24,000 nt of DNA from an uncultured Oscillospiraceae bacterium (GTDB lineage Bacteria > Bacillota > Clostridia > Oscillospirales > Oscillospiraceae): assembly GCA_910585265.1 (NCBI GenBank), contig CAJUCA010000005.1, forward strand, positions 11,343 through 35,342. Reading direction: 5' to 3'. The stretch's first letter is position 1; every line of letters starts with the position of its first letter. This document shows, in pieces, positions 8,736 through 16,155 of the stretch. The position numbers and the translations under genes were made by a program. The notes under the pieces are model-generated. The model ran no database searches, was not told the DNA's origin, and saw only the letters and a list, made by a program, of their open reading frames with translations.

Positions 8736-8965
8736 CCCAGCCGAAGCCCAGCGAAGCGGGTTCGGCTGGGAGAGGAGGCGCAGCGGAACGGGCGGATATC
8801 CGGCGCAGCCGGATGGAGCTGAGTGGAGCTCGTGCCGACGAGGACGCCATCGCCGCGAAGGCCCTGGCCCTCACCGGCGAGCTGCTCTCCCGGGTGTAGG
8901 GCCGCGCATTGCGCGCCCCCGCGTCCCCCCTGCACCGCGGGACGGGCGGACAATGTCCGCCCCTA
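8736..8965. repeat. Mosaic of short palindromic intergenic repeats between glf and GT2 gene
   Basis: Stems: CCCAGCCGAA(8736-8745)/TTCGGCTGGG(8761-8770); ATCCGGC(gca)GCCGGAT around 8800; GAGCT/AGCTC around 8820; GGGCGGAC(aat)GTCCGCCC at 8944-8962. Confidence 0.6.
8843..8899 (+). pseudogene. Second, diverged copy of a glf 3' end (remnant)
   Basis: gacgccatcgccgcgaaggccctggccctcaccggcgagctgctctcccgggtgtag encodes DAIAAKALALTGELLSRV*, versus intact glf tail DAIAARALTLTDGML* at 8685-8732. Confidence 0.65.
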
Positions 8966-9009
8966 CAAATGCTCCCCTATCACATATACAAGACTGGAGC
9001 GAGATAGAA

Positions 9010-10038
9010 ATGGACAAACTGATCACCTTCGCCGTCCCCTGCTACAATTCGGCGGACTATATGGATCACTGCATTGAAACCCTGCTGTCCGCCGGGGAGG
9101 ACGCGGAGATCATCCTGGTGGACGACGGCTCCGCCAGGGACGACACCCCCGCCAAATGCGACGAATGGGCGGCGAAGCACCCGGACATCATCCGGGCCAT
9201 CCACCAGGAAAACGGCGGCCACGGCGAGGGCGTCAACCAGGGCATCCGCCACGCCAGGGGCCTCTATTATAAGGTGGTGGACTCGGACGACTGGCTGGAC
9301 ACGGACGCCCTGGCCCAGGTGGTGGCAAAGCTCCGGGAGTTCGCCGCCATGCCCGCCCCGGTGGATCTGCTCATCGCCAACTATGTCTATGAGCACGTGG
9401 AGGACAACACCCGGAAGGTGATGGGCTACAAAAACGTGTTCCCCACAGGCCAGATCTTCACCTGGGACTCCATCCGCCACTTCCGCACCTCCCAGTACCT
9501 GCTGATGCACTCGGTGATCTACCGCACCCAGCTGCTGCGGGACTGCGGGCTGGAGCTGCCCAAGCACACCTTCTATGTGGACAACATCTTCGTCTACCAG
9601 CCCCTGCCCTTCGTCAAGACCCTGTACTACATGGACCTGGATCTGTACCGCTACTTCATCGGGCGGGCGGACCAGAGCGTGAACGAGTCCGTGATGGCGG
9701 GGCGCATCGACCAGCAGGTCCGGGTGACCAAGCAGATGATCGCCGCCCATGACGTGATGGCCATCAAGGCCACCCAGCCCCGGCTGGGCCGCTATATGCT
9801 GAACTACCTGTCTATGATGATGTCCATCTCGTCCATTTTCTCGGTGATCGCCAACACCCCCCAGTCCCTGGGCCTGCGCACCGAGCTTTGGGAGTACCTG
9901 CGGCAGAAGAACGCCGCCCTCTACCGCCGCTGCCGCTACAAGGCCACCAACGTGGGCACCAACATACCGGGCTACCAGGGGCGGAAGCTGTCGGTGGGGC
10001 TGTACCGCCTGGCCCGGAAAATCTACAAATTCAACTGA
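9010..10038 (+). CDS. Glycosyltransferase family 2 protein
   Basis: 342 aa. MDKLITFAVPCYNSADYMDHCIETLLSAGEDAEIILVDDGSARDDTP...YYKVVDSDDWLD gives GT-A motifs VDDGS and DSDDW. Confidence 0.94.
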   Translation: MDKLITFAVPCYNSADYMDHCIETLLSAGEDAEIILVDDGSARDDTPAKCDEWAAKHPDIIRAIHQENGGHGEGVNQGIRHARGLYYKVVDSDDWLDTDALAQVVAKLREFAAMPAPVDLLIANYVYEHVEDNTRKVMGYKNVFPTGQIFTWDSIRHFRTSQYLLMHSVIYRTQLLRDCGLELPKHTFYVDNIFVYQPLPFVKTLYYMDLDLYRYFIGRADQSVNESVMAGRIDQQVRVTKQMIAAHDVMAIKATQPRLGRYMLNYLSMMMSISSIFSVIANTPQSLGLRTELWEYLRQKNAALYRRCRYKATNVGTNIPGYQGRKLSVGLYRLARKIYKFN

Positions 10039-10057
10039 CAAAAGGAGAAATGCAGCC

Positions 10058-10366
10058 ATGTCCGTACAGAACATTACCAACGAGAATTTTGATGAGATCG
10101 TCCTGCGCTCCGACAAGCCCGTGCTGGTGGACTTCTGGGCCGAGTGGTGCGGCCCCTGCCGCATGGTGTCCCCCATCGTGGACGAGATCGCCGGGGAGCG
10201 GGACGACATCGTAGTGGGCAAGGTGAACGTGGACGAGCAGAACGAACTGGCCGCCCGGTTCGGCGTGATGAGCATTCCCACCCTGCTGGTGTTCAAGGGC
10301 GGGGAGATCGTCAGCAAGGCGGTGGGCGCGCGGCCCAAGGCGGAGCTGCTGAAGCTGCTGGGTTAA
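10058..10366 (+). CDS. trxA: Thioredoxin
   Basis: 102 aa with PVLVDFWAEWCGPCRMVSPIVDEIA (WCGPC active site) and GVMSIPTLLVFKGGE. Confidence 0.98.
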   Translation: MSVQNITNENFDEIVLRSDKPVLVDFWAEWCGPCRMVSPIVDEIAGERDDIVVGKVNVDEQNELAARFGVMSIPTLLVFKGGEIVSKAVGARPKAELLKLLG

Positions 10367-10453
10367 AGCACGCGAAGCCGCAGCGGGCGGGGGGACGGAG
10401 CCGGGACGCTTTCAGCCCCGTGCCGCCCCCCCGTCCATCCCCTTCGGAGGGCA

Positions 10454-10485
10454 GCCCTCCCCCCCCTGTGGGGGAGGGCTTTTTT
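10454..10485 (+). terminator. Rho-independent terminator downstream of trxA
   Basis: gccctccccc(ccctgt)gggggagggc followed by TTTTTT. Confidence 0.8.
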
Positions 10486-10623
10486 GCGCCCTTGCCCCGC
10501 CCCCTTCACGAAAGGATTGCTTTTTCCCAAAAAGCTGATATACTGTAATCCGTTAGGGTCTGCGCCGCATAGAATAGGGCGGCAAATCAAACAGACCGCT
10601 GTTTTAGTAGGAGGTTATCCATC

Positions 10624-11970
10624 TTGCCCGACGACCCGTTATTACCGAAGCTGATCATCCTGATCGTCCTGATCCTGATCAACGCCTTCTTCGCCGCCGC
10701 CGAGATCGCCGTCATCTCCCTGTCCGAGTCCAAGCTCCGCAAGCAGGCCGAGGAGGGGGACAAAAAAGCGGCCCGGCTCCTGTCCCTCACCCAGACCCCC
10801 GACCACTTCCTGTCCGCCATTCAGATCGCCATCACCCTGGCCGGGTTCCTGTCCTCCGCCTTCGCCGCCGACAGCTTCTCCGACCCGCTGGTGAAGTGGC
10901 TGGCGGAGGATCTGGGGGTCACCGCCCTCTCCCCCGCCGCGCTGAACAACCTGATGGTGGTGCTCATCACCCTCGCGCTGTCCTATTTCAGCCTGGTTCT
11001 GGGCGAGCTGGTGCCCAAGCGCATCGCCATGAAAAAGACGGAGGGGGTGGCCCGGTTCACCCTGGGCGCGGTGTCCGCGGTGGCGGCGGTGTTCCGGCCG
11101 GTGATCTGGCTGCTGTCCAAGTCCACCAACGGGGTGCTGCGGCTGCTGGGCATCGACCCCAGGGCGGACAACCAGGACGTGAGCGAGGACGAGATCCGCA
11201 TGATGGTGGACCTGGGCGAGGAGCGGGGAGCCATCGAGTCCTCCGAGAAGGAGCTTATCGAGAACATCTTCGAGTTCAACAACACCACCGCCGAGGACGT
11301 GATGATCCACCGCACCGACATGGTGATGGTGTGGGTGGAGGACACCGGCGAGGACGTGCTCAACGCCATCCTCGCCTCCGGGCGGTCCCGGTTCCCGGTG
11401 TACCGGGAGGACGCGGACGACATCGTGGGCATACTCAACACCCGGGACTTCCTGCTCAACGCCCAGGAGGACGCCCCCAAGCCCCTCACGCAGCTGATCC
11501 GGCCCGCCTACTTCGTGCCGGAGTCGGTGCGCACCGACGTGCTGTTCCGGGATATGCAGAGCAAAAAGGTACATATGGCCATTGTGGTGGACGAGTACGG
11601 CGGCACCTCCGGCCTTGTGACCATGGAGGATCTGCTGGAGGAGATCGTGGGCAATATCTACGACGAGTTCGACACTCCGGAGGAAAAGGAGATCGAGCAG
11701 GTGGAGCCGGGCCTGTGGCGGGTGTCCGGCGGCTGCCCCCTGGAGCAGGTGGCGGAGGCCCTGGGGGTGGAGTTCCCCGAGGAGGAGGAGTCAGACACCC
11801 TGGGCGGGCTGGTGTTCGCCCAGCTGTCCGTTATCCCGGAGGACGGGGCCCAGATCGAGGTGGACGCCCACGGCCTGCGCATCCAGGTGCTGGGCTTCGC
11901 CGACCGGCGGGTGGAGCGCGCCCTGGTGTCCAAGCTGGACCCGGCCCCGGAGGAGAGCCAGGAAGCATAA
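10624..11970 (+). CDS. Hemolysin/CNNM-CorC family protein (DUF21 transmembrane, CBS pair, CorC/HlyC domain)
   Basis: 448 aa from TTG after aggaggttatcc SD. NAFFAAAEIAVISLSESKLRKQAEEGDKKA...EKELIENIFEFNNTTAEDVMIHRTDMV...MAIVVDEYGGTSGLVTMEDLLEEIVGNIYDEFD. Confidence 0.95.
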   Translation: MPDDPLLPKLIILIVLILINAFFAAAEIAVISLSESKLRKQAEEGDKKAARLLSLTQTPDHFLSAIQIAITLAGFLSSAFAADSFSDPLVKWLAEDLGVTALSPAALNNLMVVLITLALSYFSLVLGELVPKRIAMKKTEGVARFTLGAVSAVAAVFRPVIWLLSKSTNGVLRLLGIDPRADNQDVSEDEIRMMVDLGEERGAIESSEKELIENIFEFNNTTAEDVMIHRTDMVMVWVEDTGEDVLNAILASGRSRFPVYREDADDIVGILNTRDFLLNAQEDAPKPLTQLIRPAYFVPESVRTDVLFRDMQSKKVHMAIVVDEYGGTSGLVTMEDLLEEIVGNIYDEFDTPEEKEIEQVEPGLWRVSGGCPLEQVAEALGVEFPEEEESDTLGGLVFAQLSVIPEDGAQIEVDAHGLRIQVLGFADRRVERALVSKLDPAPEESQEA

Positions 11971-11986
11971 GAGCTTGTATTCACAG
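11971..11986. repeat. Probable solo terminus of the ~160-bp palindromic element family
   Basis: GAGCTTGTATTCACAG directly after stop TAA (11968-11970). Compare GAACCTGTATTCACAG at 22852; 11 consecutive bases TGTATTCACAG are identical. Confidence 0.5.
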
Positions 11987-12009
11987 GGCCCGGAGTGTTC
12001 TCCGGGCCC
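11986..12009. terminator. Hairpin downstream of CNNM/CorC-type gene
   Basis: gggcccggag(tgtt)ctccgggccc perfect 10-bp stem with no U-tract. Confidence 0.5.
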
Positions 12010-12033
12010 GCCGCGAAAGGTTGTGTCACCCCC

Positions 12034-12699
12034 TTGAACATTTTCGATATCATGGGCCCCGTCATGGTGGGCCCGTCCTCGTCCCACACCGCCGGGGCCG
12101 TCCGCATGGGCTATGTGGGCCGGAAGCTGCTGGGCTTCCAGCCCGCCCGGGCCAACATCGCCCTCCACGGCTCCTTCGCCGCCACCGGCGCGGGCCACGG
12201 CACCGATAAGGCCATCGTGGCCGGACTGCTGGCCATGAAGCCCGACGATCCCGGCATACCCCGCAGCCTCCAGCTGGCCCGGGAGGCCCGGATGGACGTG
12301 CGCATCCAGACCGTGGACCTGCGGGACGCCCACCCCAACACCGCTGTCATGACCCTCATTGGAGAGCGGGGCCGCACGGTGGTGGTGAACGCCTCCTCCC
12401 TGGGGGGCGGGCGGATCCGGGTGAACTCCATCGACGGCATGGCCGCCGCTTTCTCCGGCGACCTGCCCACCCTGGTGGTCCGCAACCAGGACAAGCCCGG
12501 GATCGTCTCGGAGGTAGCCTCCTGCCTGGCCTACCACGACGTGAACATCGCCGCCATGCAGCTCTACCGGGACCACCGGGAGGGCCTGTCCGTCATGGTG
12601 CTGGAGTGCGACCAGCCCCTCACCCCGGAGATCATCGGAAATATCCAGCTGCTGGGCGGCGTGGTGCGCTGCATCTATTTAAATCTTTCGGAGGATTGA
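12034..12699 (+). CDS. sdaAB: L-serine dehydratase, iron-sulfur-dependent, beta subunit
   Basis: TTG-start model gives (M)NIFDIMGPVMVGPSSSHTAGAVRMG..., with a C-terminal ACT-like domain (NQDKPGIVSEVASCLAYHDVNIAAMQLYR). Confidence 0.94.
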   Translation: MNIFDIMGPVMVGPSSSHTAGAVRMGYVGRKLLGFQPARANIALHGSFAATGAGHGTDKAIVAGLLAMKPDDPGIPRSLQLAREARMDVRIQTVDLRDAHPNTAVMTLIGERGRTVVVNASSLGGGRIRVNSIDGMAAAFSGDLPTLVVRNQDKPGIVSEVASCLAYHDVNIAAMQLYRDHREGLSVMVLECDQPLTPEIIGNIQLLGGVVRCIYLNLSED

Positions 12700-12700
12700 T

Positions 12701-13546
12701 ATGTTCGGTTCAGTGGAAGCGATGCTGTCCGCGTCGGCGGACAAGCCCCTGTGGAGGGCTGTGTTAGAGGACGACTGCCAGGACCGGGACGCGGACCCCG
12801 CCGCCAGCCTGGCCCGCATGGGCAGGCTGTGGCAGGCCATGAAGGAGTCGTTGGAGGAGTACGACCCCGCCCGCCGCTCCGCCAGCGGCCTGTCCGGGGG
12901 GCAGGGGGCCAGGATGGCCGATTTAGCCGACCCCATCTGCGGATCGTTCGTCCAGGAGGTGGCCTCCGTGGCCCTGAAGCTGGGGGAACACAACGCCTGT
13001 ATGGGCCGGATCGTGGCCGCCCCCACCGCCGGGGCCTGCGGCGTTCTGCCCGCGGTGCTCATCCCCCTCCAGCGGCGGGAGGGCCTGTCCGACGAGACCA
13101 TGGTGGAGTGCCTGTACGTGTCCGCCGGATTCGGGCAGGTCATCGCCCAGCGGGCCTCCATCTCCGGGGCGGAGGGGGGCTGTCAGGCGGAGGTGGGCTC
13201 CGCCTCCGCCATGGCCGCCGCCGCCCTCATCCACGCCCGGGGCGGCCCCGGGGCGCGGATGGCCGCCGCCTGCGCCATGGCCCTGCAAAACGTGATGGGG
13301 CTGGTGTGCGACCCGGTGGCGGGTCTGGTGGAGTGCCCCTGCGTGAAGCGCAACGTGATGGGGGCGGTGAACGCCCTCACCTGCGCGGACATGGCCCTGG
13401 CGGGGCTGTCCAGCCCCATCCCCTGCGACGAGGTCATCGACGCCATGGGCGCGGTGGGCCGGAGCCTGCCCTCCGCCCTGCGGGAGACGGGCCAGGGCGG
13501 GCTGGCCGCCACCCCGGCGGGACGGCGGATCGCCCAGGGGCGGTAA
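12701..13546 (+). CDS. sdaAA: L-serine dehydratase, iron-sulfur-dependent, alpha subunit
   Basis: 281 aa with IVAAPTAGACGVLPAVL, GCQAEVGSASAMAAAALI, CDPVAGLVECPCVKRNVMGAVNAL. One bp after the beta subunit. Confidence 0.96.
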   Translation: MFGSVEAMLSASADKPLWRAVLEDDCQDRDADPAASLARMGRLWQAMKESLEEYDPARRSASGLSGGQGARMADLADPICGSFVQEVASVALKLGEHNACMGRIVAAPTAGACGVLPAVLIPLQRREGLSDETMVECLYVSAGFGQVIAQRASISGAEGGCQAEVGSASAMAAAALIHARGGPGARMAAACAMALQNVMGLVCDPVAGLVECPCVKRNVMGAVNALTCADMALAGLSSPIPCDEVIDAMGAVGRSLPSALRETGQGGLAATPAGRRIAQGR

Positions 13547-14092
13547 ATGAAAGGATTTGTGCGGGATAACCAGCTGCTTTCTCTCTGCGGCCTGAACTGC
13601 GGGCTTTGTTCCATGAAGCTGGGCGGACACTGTTCCGGATGCGGAAATGGGAATCAGTCCTGCAAAATCGCAGGATGCAGCCTGGAGCACGGCGGTGTAA
13701 GCTACTGTTTCCAGTGCCCCGAGTATCCCTGTGACCAATATCTGCACATCGACGACTACGATTCGTTCATCACCCATCAGAACCAAAAAGCCAACCTTGA
13801 ACGGGCAAAGGCCATTGGCATGAACCGCTACAACGAGGAACAGCGGGAAAGAGTCCGAATATTGAAGCTGCTCCTGGCCCACTATAACGACGGGCGGAGA
13901 AAAACCTTTTTCTGCTTGGCGGCAAACCTTCTGCCCCTCTCCGCGCTCCAAACGGCTGTCAGCCAGCTCCAGGGCTCAGAGGATTTGGACTTGAAAGAAC
14001 GGTCCGCTCAAGCGGTATGCCTGCTCCAGAGCTCTGCCAACGCCCACGGCATTCTGCTGAAGCTGCGCAAAAAGCCCCGTTCAGGTTCTTAG
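13547..14092 (+). CDS. DUF3795 domain-containing cysteine-rich protein
   Basis: 181 aa. N-terminus LSLCGLNCGLCSMKLGGHCSGCGNGNQSCKIAGCSLEHGGVSYCFQCPEYPCDQY. Starts immediately at the sdaAA stop codon. Confidence 0.85.
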   Translation: MKGFVRDNQLLSLCGLNCGLCSMKLGGHCSGCGNGNQSCKIAGCSLEHGGVSYCFQCPEYPCDQYLHIDDYDSFITHQNQKANLERAKAIGMNRYNEEQRERVRILKLLLAHYNDGRRKTFFCLAANLLPLSALQTAVSQLQGSEDLDLKERSAQAVCLLQSSANAHGILLKLRKKPRSGS

Positions 14093-14252
14093 AGCCTGTT
14101 TAAAATCTATCAAAACGCCATCTTGGCACATCTTTTTCCGCTGGCCGGCGTTGATTTGACTTGAAATACACAAAGTATTCCTGCGCCAAATCGCCTTGTC
14201 CAGCGAAAAAATCTGCGCCTGTCTGGCATTCCGCCAGATTTTAAACAGGCTC
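14092..14252. mobile_element. MITE-like palindromic element, copy A (161 bp)
   Basis: TIR gagcctgtttaaaatct (14092-14108) / agattttaaacaggctc (14236-14252), 17 bp perfect. Flanked by TTA (14089-14091) and TTA (14253-14255). Shares 22-bp core CTTGAAATACACAAAGTATTCC with copy B. Confidence 0.85.
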
Positions 14253-14276
14253 TTAGACCAGTCAACCCGGCAGGCA

Positions 14277-14312
14277 CAGGCCCGCTGTCATTTGACAGCG
14301 GGCCTGTTTTTT
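14277..14312 (+). terminator. Rho-independent terminator of the sdaAB-sdaAA-DUF3795 operon
   Basis: caggcccgctgtca(tt)tgacagcgggcctg followed by TTTTTT. Confidence 0.88.
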
Positions 14313-14339
14313 GGTATGCTTAACTTCATGTACCCAGGC

Positions 14340-14552
14340 TCAGAGCTTTTTCAGCTCCTGCATCACCCCGTTGACCATCACCCCCGGCACCCAGCCGTTC
14401 AGGAAGTCCCGGAGCTGCTCCAGCGTCACCGTCCGGGCCGCCCCCTTCACCGGGTGCTTGGCCAGCATGGGGATGCGCTTCTGGAACACCGCCCTGCTCT
14501 GGGGGTTGTCCCAAAGCTCCCCCAGGGTGATTTTGTTTTCCTTCAGATCCAT
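14340..14552 (-). CDS. Small conserved-looking hypothetical protein (70 aa)
   Basis: MDLKENKITLGELWDNPQSRAVFQKRIPMLAKHPVKGAARTVTLEQLRDFLNGWVPGVMVNGVMQELKKL, with a strong SD ggaggtg just upstream on the minus strand. Confidence 0.7.
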   Translation of the reverse strand: MDLKENKITLGELWDNPQSRAVFQKRIPMLAKHPVKGAARTVTLEQLRDFLNGWVPGVMVNGVMQELKKL

Positions 14553-14617
14553 CTGTACTCACCTCCACAACCATACTATGCGCCGGAGGACGTCCGCTGA
14601 CACGAAAGGAGCGCGAA

Positions 14618-15499
14618 ATGCCGAAACAAAAGAAACCGTCCCGGGGCCAGGAGTGGCGGCACGTTGAAAACAAAAAGCTGGTCTACACCGTCTACTTCGT
14701 CCTGCGGCTGTCGGTGGTGCTGATGCTGGTGGCCCAGTTCTTCAACGGGAACTTTGAGAACGTGCTCCTGTGCGTGCTCACCCTGGTGCTGTTCACCCTG
14801 CCCTCCCTGTTCGAGCGGCGGCTCCACATCGACCTGCCCGACACCCTGGAGATCATTATCCTCCTGTTCATCTACGCCGCCGAGATCCTGGGCGAGATCC
14901 AGTCCTACTATACCCAGTTCCACGGCTGGGACACCATGCTCCACACCATGAACGGCTTCCTCTGCGCCGCCATCGGCTTCGCCCTGGTGGACATACTCAA
15001 CCGGGAGGAAAAGATTTCCCTCCACCTGTCCCCCTTCTTCATGGCGGTGACCGCCTTCTGCTTCTCCATGACCATCGGCGTGCTGTGGGAGTTCTTTGAG
15101 TTCGGCATGGATCAGTGGCTGCTGTTCGATATGCAGAAGGACACGGTGATCAACACCATTTCCACCGTCAACCTGGACCCCAGCCACGGCACCACCGCCG
15201 TGGCAGTCAAGGGCATCCAGGAGGTGATCCTGGTGCTGGAGGACGGCACCCAAATGCCCCTGGGCCTGGGCGGCTACCTGGACGTGGGCATCATCGACAC
15301 CATGAAGGACCTGTTCGTCAACTTCATCGGCGCGGTGGTGTTCTCCACCATCGGCTACTTCTACGTCAAGAGCCGGGGCAAGGGCGGCTTCGCCACCCGG
15401 TTCATCCCCCGGTTCCAGCGCAGGCCTGCCGCCGCGGAGCCTCCCGCCCCCGCCGGGCCGGAAAACGGCGGCGCGCCCCCGGACGATCCCGGCGCATAA
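14618..15499 (+). CDS. Multi-pass membrane protein of unknown function
   Basis: 293 aa with several hydrophobic segments (LSVVLMLVAQFF; VLLCVLTLVLFTLPSLF; TLEIIILLFIYAAEILG; FFMAVTAFCFSMTIGVLWEFFEFGMD; LFVNFIGAVVFSTIGYFYV). SD aaaggagcg. Confidence 0.85.
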   Translation: MPKQKKPSRGQEWRHVENKKLVYTVYFVLRLSVVLMLVAQFFNGNFENVLLCVLTLVLFTLPSLFERRLHIDLPDTLEIIILLFIYAAEILGEIQSYYTQFHGWDTMLHTMNGFLCAAIGFALVDILNREEKISLHLSPFFMAVTAFCFSMTIGVLWEFFEFGMDQWLLFDMQKDTVINTISTVNLDPSHGTTAVAVKGIQEVILVLEDGTQMPLGLGGYLDVGIIDTMKDLFVNFIGAVVFSTIGYFYVKSRGKGGFATRFIPRFQRRPAAAEPPAPAGPENGGAPPDDPGA

Positions 15500-15568
15500 T
15501 CCCGGCGGGACGGGGCATACTCCTTCTTGTATTCGGGAGTCCAACGCCATACAAAGGAGGAAACCAAG

Positions 15569-15754
15569 ATGATGAACCAGACCAACCCCAGCATCAAGTG
15601 CACGGTGAACAGCTGCTCCTACCACAAGGATCAGCACTGCACCCTCAACGAGATCCAGGTGGGCCACTGCCAGAACAGCGTGTGCGACTGCAAGGAGACC
15701 GAGTGCGCGTCCTTCAAGCTGGGCGACCACGGCACAACCTGCGGCTGTTCCTAA
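15569..15754 (+). CDS. DUF1540 domain-containing cysteine-rich protein
   Basis: MMNQTNPSIKCTVNSCSYHKDQHCTLNEIQVGHCQNSVCDCKETECASFKLGDHGTTCGCS, with SD aaaggagg. Confidence 0.88.
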   Translation: MMNQTNPSIKCTVNSCSYHKDQHCTLNEIQVGHCQNSVCDCKETECASFKLGDHGTTCGCS

Positions 15755-15903
15755 AAGAAGCGCGGAGAAGCGGGCAGCGAGGGAGCTTGGAGCGGAGCGA
15801 AGGCAAAAGCCCAGGGCCCGCGCAGCGGGATCGGGTTTTGCCTGAGCCGCAGCGAAAGCGACCGAGCGTCCTGACCGCTTCGCAGCGTGACAAAAGAAGC
15901 GCG
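15753..15903. repeat. GC-rich noncoding block bounded by 12-bp direct repeats
   Basis: AAAAGAAGCGCG at 15753-15764 and again at 15892-15903. Internal stem aggcaaaa(15801-15808)/ttttgcct(15836-15843). Confidence 0.5.
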
Positions 15904-15925
15904 ACCACTGACCAAACGCGGCCGG

Positions 15926-15957
15926 AAGGCGGGACGGGCGGAAACCCGTCCCGCCTT
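15926..15957. terminator. Strong hairpin (terminator-like)
   Basis: aaggcgggacggg(cggaaa)cccgtcccgcctt, perfect 13-bp stem followed by cttctttacatttt. Confidence 0.6.
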
Positions 15958-16042
15958 CTTTACATTTTCCCCCAAAAGCCCGCCGGAAATCCGCCTGTTT
16001 TTGACGGAGCGGTGAAATTTCCAGCCCCCCAAGCATTTTACA

Positions 16043-16071
16043 TTGACAAATCCCCGCTGACACGATATCAT
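16043..16071 (+). promoter_or_regulatory. Sigma-A type promoter for ilv genes
   Basis: TTGACA (16043-16048), 17-bp spacer, TATCAT (16066-16071). Confidence 0.8.
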
Positions 16072-16115
16072 AGCTTCAATACGCTAAATTATGTATGGGC
16101 TTACACCCACCGCGG

Positions 16116-16155
16116 AGCATGGCTCGTCCTGTGTCGGACGCGGCTGTGCTTTTTT
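16116..16155 (+). promoter_or_regulatory. Attenuator-like intrinsic terminator hairpin upstream of ilvB
   Basis: AGCATGGCTCGTCC (16116-16129), loop tgtgtc, GGACGCGGCTGTGCT (16136-16150), then a T run 16150-16155. Immediately precedes the SD aaaggagg. Confidence 0.6.

Noticed and set aside
10367-10430. GC-rich agcg-type stretch after trxA as a separate mobile element
   Set aside because: Too short and low in complexity to delimit ends. Only loosely similar to the blocks at 8736 and 15753.
14091-14253. Riboswitch or ordinary 3'-UTR for the inverted-repeat region after DUF3795
   Set aside because: The duplicated TTA flanks and homologous inverted copy at 22852-23011 support a mobile repeat better than a unique cis-regulatory RNA.
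16100-16116. T-box riboswitch because of CCACCGCGG upstream of ilvB
   Set aside because: The T-box antiterminator consensus around UGGNACCGCG is not matched, and promoter-to-gene distance (~100 nt) is too short for a canonical T-box.
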